From the NCBI GenBank assembly GCA_028719205.1, contig JAQUKH010000003.1, forward strand, positions 62,001 through 126,000: DNA of 64,000 bases, written 5' to 3'. A program made the position numbers and the translations under genes. The stretch is from a bacterium. Its GTDB lineage: Bacteria > JACRDZ01 > JAQUKH01. Positions 59,921-64,000 of the stretch are shown one piece after another. The notes beneath the pieces were generated by a model. It had not been told where the DNA came from and made no database searches. It saw nothing but the letters and a program-made list of their open reading frames with translations. Numbering within the stretch: the first letter of the stretch is position 1; each line of letters begins with the position of its first letter.

Positions 59921-61360
59921 ATGTTCTATTCCGACATGCAGGAGTTTATAAAGTCCCTGGAGAAAAGCGGGGAACTGAAAAAGGTTAAAACAGAGGTTGA
60001 CGCGAATTTGGAAATTACGGAAATTGCCGACCGTATAGTAAAAAAAGGCGGGCCCGCCGTATTATTTGAAAAGGTTAAAGGTTCGAAATATCCTCTTTTT
60101 ATAAATATGTACGGCACCAAAAAGAGGATGTGCATGTCTCTGGGCGTTGAAAATATAGAGGAAATAAGCGAGAGGATCGAGAATTTATTTCCCAAAGATA
60201 TGCCTAAGAGCCTTTGGGATAAGATAAGTTTTTTTGTCCAGTTAAAGAAAATGGCTGATATACAGCCTCATATAGTTAAGGACGCGATATCTCAGGAAGT
60301 AGTTGAAGAGAACGGCTCGCTTAATGACCTGCCTATCTTGAAATGCTGGCCTGAAGACGCGGGTAAATTTATTACGTTTCCGGTGGTAATTACGAAAGAC
60401 CCTGAAACAGGGCGGCAAAATATAGGGATGTACCGTATGCAGGTTTATGACGGCAGGACCACCGGTATGCATTGGCATCAGCATCATGACGGGGCCAGGA
60501 TCTACCGCAAATACCAGAAAAACAAAGAGAGAATGCCGGTCGCGATCGCTTTAGGCGCGGACCCGTCAGTCATTTATTCCGCCACGGCCCCGCTTCCTCC
60601 GGGTGTGGATGAATTACTATTCGCCGGTTTTCTCCGCGGCAAGGCAGTGCCTGTAGTAAAAGCGAAAATGTCGGATATTCTTGTCCCGGCGAACGCGGAA
60701 TTTATTCTGGAAGGTTATGTTGACCCCGCTGAATTGAGATGGGAAGGGCCTTTCGGCGACCATACCGGATATTATTCACTGGCAAATGATTTCCCCGTGT
60801 TCCATTTGACTTGCATTACTCACAGGAAAAACCCGGTCTATCCCGCGACGATAGTCGGCCGTCCTCCTATGGAAGATTGTTTTATGGGCTGGGCCACCGA
60901 GCGGATATTTTTACCTCTTTTGAAGATAACGCTTCCTGAAATAAAAGATTTCAGCCTTCCTTTCGAAGGTGTATTCCATAATTGCGCGATAGTTTCAATT
61001 AAAAAAGAATTCCCGGGCCATGCCCGCAAGGTTATCAACGCGCTCTGGGGAATGGGCCAGATGATGTTCTCCAAGATGATCGTGATCGTTGACGAAGACG
61101 TTAATGTGCAGGATTATTCCGAAGTGGTCTGGAAGGTTTTTAATAATGTGGACCCTGCCCGTGACACTTTTATTCAGATGGGGCCGCTGGATGTTCTGGA
61201 TCACTCCTCCAGCAATCAAAGCTATGGATCAAAAATGGGTATTGACGCGACAAAGAAAATGAAGGAAGAAGGGCATTTACGTCCGTGGCCTAATGAGATT
61301 AAGATGAGTGAAGAAGTAAAGAAAATGGTAGACGGTAAGTGGAAGGAATATGGATTGTAA
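59921..61360 (+). CDS. ubiD: UbiD-family menaquinone biosynthesis decarboxylase (MqnL-type)
   Basis: EITEI, NIGMYR, EGPFGDHTGYY, GRPPMED, IDAT; adjacent to mqn genes. Confidence 0.93.
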   Translation: MFYSDMQEFIKSLEKSGELKKVKTEVDANLEITEIADRIVKKGGPAVLFEKVKGSKYPLFINMYGTKKRMCMSLGVENIEEISERIENLFPKDMPKSLWDKISFFVQLKKMADIQPHIVKDAISQEVVEENGSLNDLPILKCWPEDAGKFITFPVVITKDPETGRQNIGMYRMQVYDGRTTGMHWHQHHDGARIYRKYQKNKERMPVAIALGADPSVIYSATAPLPPGVDELLFAGFLRGKAVPVVKAKMSDILVPANAEFILEGYVDPAELRWEGPFGDHTGYYSLANDFPVFHLTCITHRKNPVYPATIVGRPPMEDCFMGWATERIFLPLLKITLPEIKDFSLPFEGVFHNCAIVSIKKEFPGHARKVINALWGMGQMMFSKMIVIVDEDVNVQDYSEVVWKVFNNVDPARDTFIQMGPLDVLDHSSSNQSYGSKMGIDATKKMKEEGHLRPWPNEIKMSEEVKKMVDGKWKEYGL

Positions 61361-61364
61361 TATT

Positions 61365-61483
61365 GTAGGGGCATGGCGGTGCCATGCCCGTATTTATCTT
61401 TGTAGGGGCAGACCCATGTGTCTGCCCTTGAATGGATTGGAAAAATATTAAGAAAGAGGGCGAACACGCGGGTTCGCCCCTAC
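61365..61483. repeat. Cluster of three GTAG-type REPs
   Basis: GTAGGGGCATGGCGGTGCCATGCCC; GTAGGGGCAGACCCATGTGTCTGCCC (same as the 16804-16829 copy reversed); inverted GGGCGAACACGCGGGTTCGCCCCTAC. Confidence 0.85.
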
Positions 61484-61494
61484 GAATACGAATA

Positions 61495-62346
61495 ATGAAT
61501 ATTAAAAAGTTTAAATATATTCTTGAGATGGTAAAGATCGAACATACGGTTTTCGCTTTGCCGTTCGCGTATGTGGGCGCGATAATCGCGTCGGGCGGGA
61601 TTCCCGGCCTTAAAAATATAATATTTATTACCCTGGCGATGTTCGGGGGCCGCAGTTTCGCTATGACCTGGAACAGGATCATAGACCGTGAAATCGATGC
61701 CAGGAATTTAAGGACCGCCGGCCGCCATCTTGTGACCGGGCAGGTGAACCTGAACGAAGCTCTTATTTTTTGTTTCGTGTCATTATTGCTTTTTATATAT
61801 TCAGCCTTAAGCCTTGCGCCGTTAGCTCATATTTTATGGCCTCTTTTTATTTTGCCGATGGCTGTTTATCCTTTTGCCAAAAGGTTCAGCTGGTTAAGCC
61901 ATTTTATCCTGGGATTGAGCCTTGCTTTGTCCCCGTTAGGCGCGTTTATCGCGGTAACTAACAAATTACCCGGCCTGCCGGTTTTATTGATCGCTGTAGC
62001 GATCCTGATATGGACCGCGGGCTTTGATATTATTTACGCCTGCCAGGATTTTGAGTTTGACAGGAAAGAAGGGCTTTATTCCATCCCGGCGTGTTTTGGG
62101 ATAAAAAGTTCTTTCTGGTTTACTTCGATGCTTCATTTTTTAACGGTAATTTTGTTCTTTCTGGCAGGATATTTACTGGGATTGAAAATTTATTATTTTT
62201 CGGGCATAGCCATAATTTCTCTTTTTCTTATTTATGAAAATATAATTATGAGAAAAGGCAAATTAGACGAGGCGTTTTTTAAGATGAACGGGCTTGTAAG
62301 CATAACTATTTTTGTTTTCATATTATTGGATTTTTGTTTATTATGA
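61495..62346 (+). CDS. mqnP: UbiA-family prenyltransferase (MqnP-type)
   Basis: KIEHTVFALPF, NRIIDREIDARN, FDIIYACQD; start moved to 61495, past the REPs. Confidence 0.9.
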   Translation: MNIKKFKYILEMVKIEHTVFALPFAYVGAIIASGGIPGLKNIIFITLAMFGGRSFAMTWNRIIDREIDARNLRTAGRHLVTGQVNLNEALIFCFVSLLLFIYSALSLAPLAHILWPLFILPMAVYPFAKRFSWLSHFILGLSLALSPLGAFIAVTNKLPGLPVLLIAVAILIWTAGFDIIYACQDFEFDRKEGLYSIPACFGIKSSFWFTSMLHFLTVILFFLAGYLLGLKIYYFSGIAIISLFLIYENIIMRKGKLDEAFFKMNGLVSITIFVFILLDFCLL

Positions 62347-63413
62347 AAAAAAATATCAGAAAAAAAATAAACGATAACGCGGCATTGAACCGTGATGAGT
62401 GCCTTTACCTTTTTCAGGGGTGTTCGATACATGAGCTTGGAGAGATGGCGAACTTAGCCAACTTAACAAAAAATAAAGGCAAGGTATTTTTTAACGTCAA
62501 CCGGCATATTAATTTAACAAATGTTTGTATCTCGCGCTGCAAATTTTGCGCTTTCAGCAGGGATAAGGGTGAAAAAGGCGCGTATGTTTTCAGCGTGGAT
62601 GATGTTATAGAAAAGGTGAAAGAATCACTGCCTATGGGCATAACTGAGGTTCATATTGTAAGCGGGCTTCATCCGGACCTGACATTCGATTATTATCTTG
62701 ATATTTTACGGGCCGTAAAGAAATTCGCGCCGCAGCTTCATATACAGGGTTTTACCGCGGTTGAGATCCATTATTTCGCGAAGATCACAGGTTTTACCAT
62801 TACAAAGGTGCTCGAAATAATGAAAGAGGCAGGGCTTGATTCTCTGCCCGGCGGAGGTGCCGAGGTATTCAGCCCGCGTATCCGCGAGGAGCTTTGCCCG
62901 AAGAAGGCGACGGGTTTTGAATGGCAGGAGGTTATGACGGAAGCGCATCGTTTGGGAATGAAATCCAACGCGACCCTGCTTTTCGGGCACATAGAAACAA
63001 TAGAGGAAGTTGTGGACCATCTTATTTCCCTGCGGGAACTTCAGAATAAAACCGGCGGATTCCAGTCTTTTATACCTCTGCCTTTTCATCCGCAGTATAC
63101 TTTGATGGAGAATTTTGAAAAACCAACCGGGATCGAGATCCTGAAGATGCTCTCCGCTTCAAGATTAATACTTAATAATTTTACTCATATAAAGGCCTTT
63201 TGGATAATGATGGGTTTAAGGCTCGCTCAGCTTTCGTTAAAGTACGGAGTAAACGACCTGGATGGCACGGTAGTGGAAGAAAAGATCACCCATTCAGCGG
63301 GGGCTACTACCCCTGAAGATATCCCGAGGCTGGAATTGATCCGGTTGATCAGGGAAATGGGCCGTATCCCGGTTGAAAGGGATACGCTCTATAATGAGAT
63401 AAAACAATATTAA
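62343..63413 (+). CDS. mqnE: Aminofutalosine synthase (radical SAM)
   Basis: NRHINLTNVCISRCKFCAF, FTAVEI, PGGGAE, HIKAFW, DGTVVEEKI. Confidence 0.92.
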   Translation: MKKNIRKKINDNAALNRDECLYLFQGCSIHELGEMANLANLTKNKGKVFFNVNRHINLTNVCISRCKFCAFSRDKGEKGAYVFSVDDVIEKVKESLPMGITEVHIVSGLHPDLTFDYYLDILRAVKKFAPQLHIQGFTAVEIHYFAKITGFTITKVLEIMKEAGLDSLPGGGAEVFSPRIREELCPKKATGFEWQEVMTEAHRLGMKSNATLLFGHIETIEEVVDHLISLRELQNKTGGFQSFIPLPFHPQYTLMENFEKPTGIEILKMLSASRLILNNFTHIKAFWIMMGLRLAQLSLKYGVNDLDGTVVEEKITHSAGATTPEDIPRLELIRLIREMGRIPVERDTLYNEIKQY

Positions 63414-63464
63414 CTTCTTTATCCCCTTCAGGGGGACAAAGGGGGCGTTAGGAGTATTAGTTTA

Positions 63465-64000
63465 ATGATCGAATTACTGATCCCAAAATTTAAAATGCCG
63501 GTAAAAGAAAAAAAATGGACTATGCTGCCGAGAGTAGGGCATATTAAATTTTTAAATTGTTTTCCGATCTATTACGCGCTTGTAAAGAATATGGATATTC
63601 TTGATATGGAATTTATTCCGGGATTACCGACTGAATTGAACCGGTTAATGATTGAGGGGAAATTGGACGTAAGCCCTATCTCTTCGATCGAATATTATAA
63701 AAACCGGGATAAGTTTTTGCTCTGCCCTCACTTAAGCGTGAGTTCAAACGGCTCTGTGCAGAGTATTCTTTTACTTAGTAAGGTGCCGGTAAAAAAACTT
63801 GACGGGGAGAAGATCTCCCTGACAGACGCTTCAGCGACCAGTCATGTTCTGTTAAAAATTATTTTAGACACGAAATATAAAATACATCCGGAATATTTTA
63901 CTTCAAAAGAAGATCTGGAAGGAATGCTGAAGAACTCAAAAGCGGCCCTTTTGATAGGGGATAAGGCGTTGGAAGAAAGCCAGAAATTAAACGGTTTATA
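63465..64000 (+). CDS. mqnA: Chorismate dehydratase MqnA, partial (runs off window end)
   Basis: Not in the ORF track; manual translation gives RVGHIKFLNCFPIYY, PTELN, DVSPISSIEY, SATS, LLIGDKAL; AGGAG RBS. Confidence 0.88.
   Translation, partial: MIELLIPKFKMPVKEKKWTMLPRVGHIKFLNCFPIYYALVKNMDILDMEFIPGLPTELNRLMIEGKLDVSPISSIEYYKNRDKFLLCPHLSVSSNGSVQSILLLSKVPVKKLDGEKISLTDASATSHVLLKIILDTKYKIHPEYFTSKEDLEGMLKNSKAALLIGDKALEESQKLNGL

Noticed and set aside
61432-61494. N-terminal extension of the prenyltransferase
   Set aside because: It translates a REP; family-like sequence starts at ATG 61495
63422-63445. CCCC/GGGG hairpin between mqnE and mqnA as a terminator
   Set aside because: Short stem with no U-tract inside an apparent operon; possibly a repeat remnant but single copy here

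Overview
AT-rich chromosomal segment of an anaerobic, probably diderm bacterium (BamD-like lipoprotein, Tat substrates); I cannot assign the lineage from sequence alone. Left to right: the 3' end of a tRNA-Ala and a leuS-cNMP-bamD-GAF/ANTAR-pfkA run; two tandem ferredoxins; an 11-gene Wood-Ljungdahl operon on the minus strand (cooC-folD-metV-metF-cooC-acsD-acsC-acsB-cooS-fhs-acsE); tlpA/trxB; a 3.6 kb very AT-rich island built from four direct copies of a 20-22 bp palindrome, a truncated HUH/Y1 (RAYT-like) transposase, a trypsin-like protease and a nucleotidyl-cyclase-like/HEPN-like gene pair; a housekeeping block (tRNA-fMet, tRNA-Met, tilS-ftsH-folE-folP-cdaA-cdaR-glmM, pdxJ-acpS-nnr); an ~18 kb uncharacterised envelope/Fe-S cluster (Tat-DUF362, polyferredoxin, beta-propeller protein, duplicated lipoprotein and beta-helix genes, U32 pair, ArsP-like permease, ASPIC/UnbV) interrupted by an HK-RR-GGDEF module; and the start of a futalosine menaquinone operon (ubiD-like, mqnP, mqnE, mqnA). 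A second, GTAG-type REP family is dispersed through the window, with one copy in frame inside a CDS. Best novel-system candidates: the 42-60 kb cluster and the palindrome-bounded island with its cyclase-like pair. All calls come from motif reading; no database searches were run.
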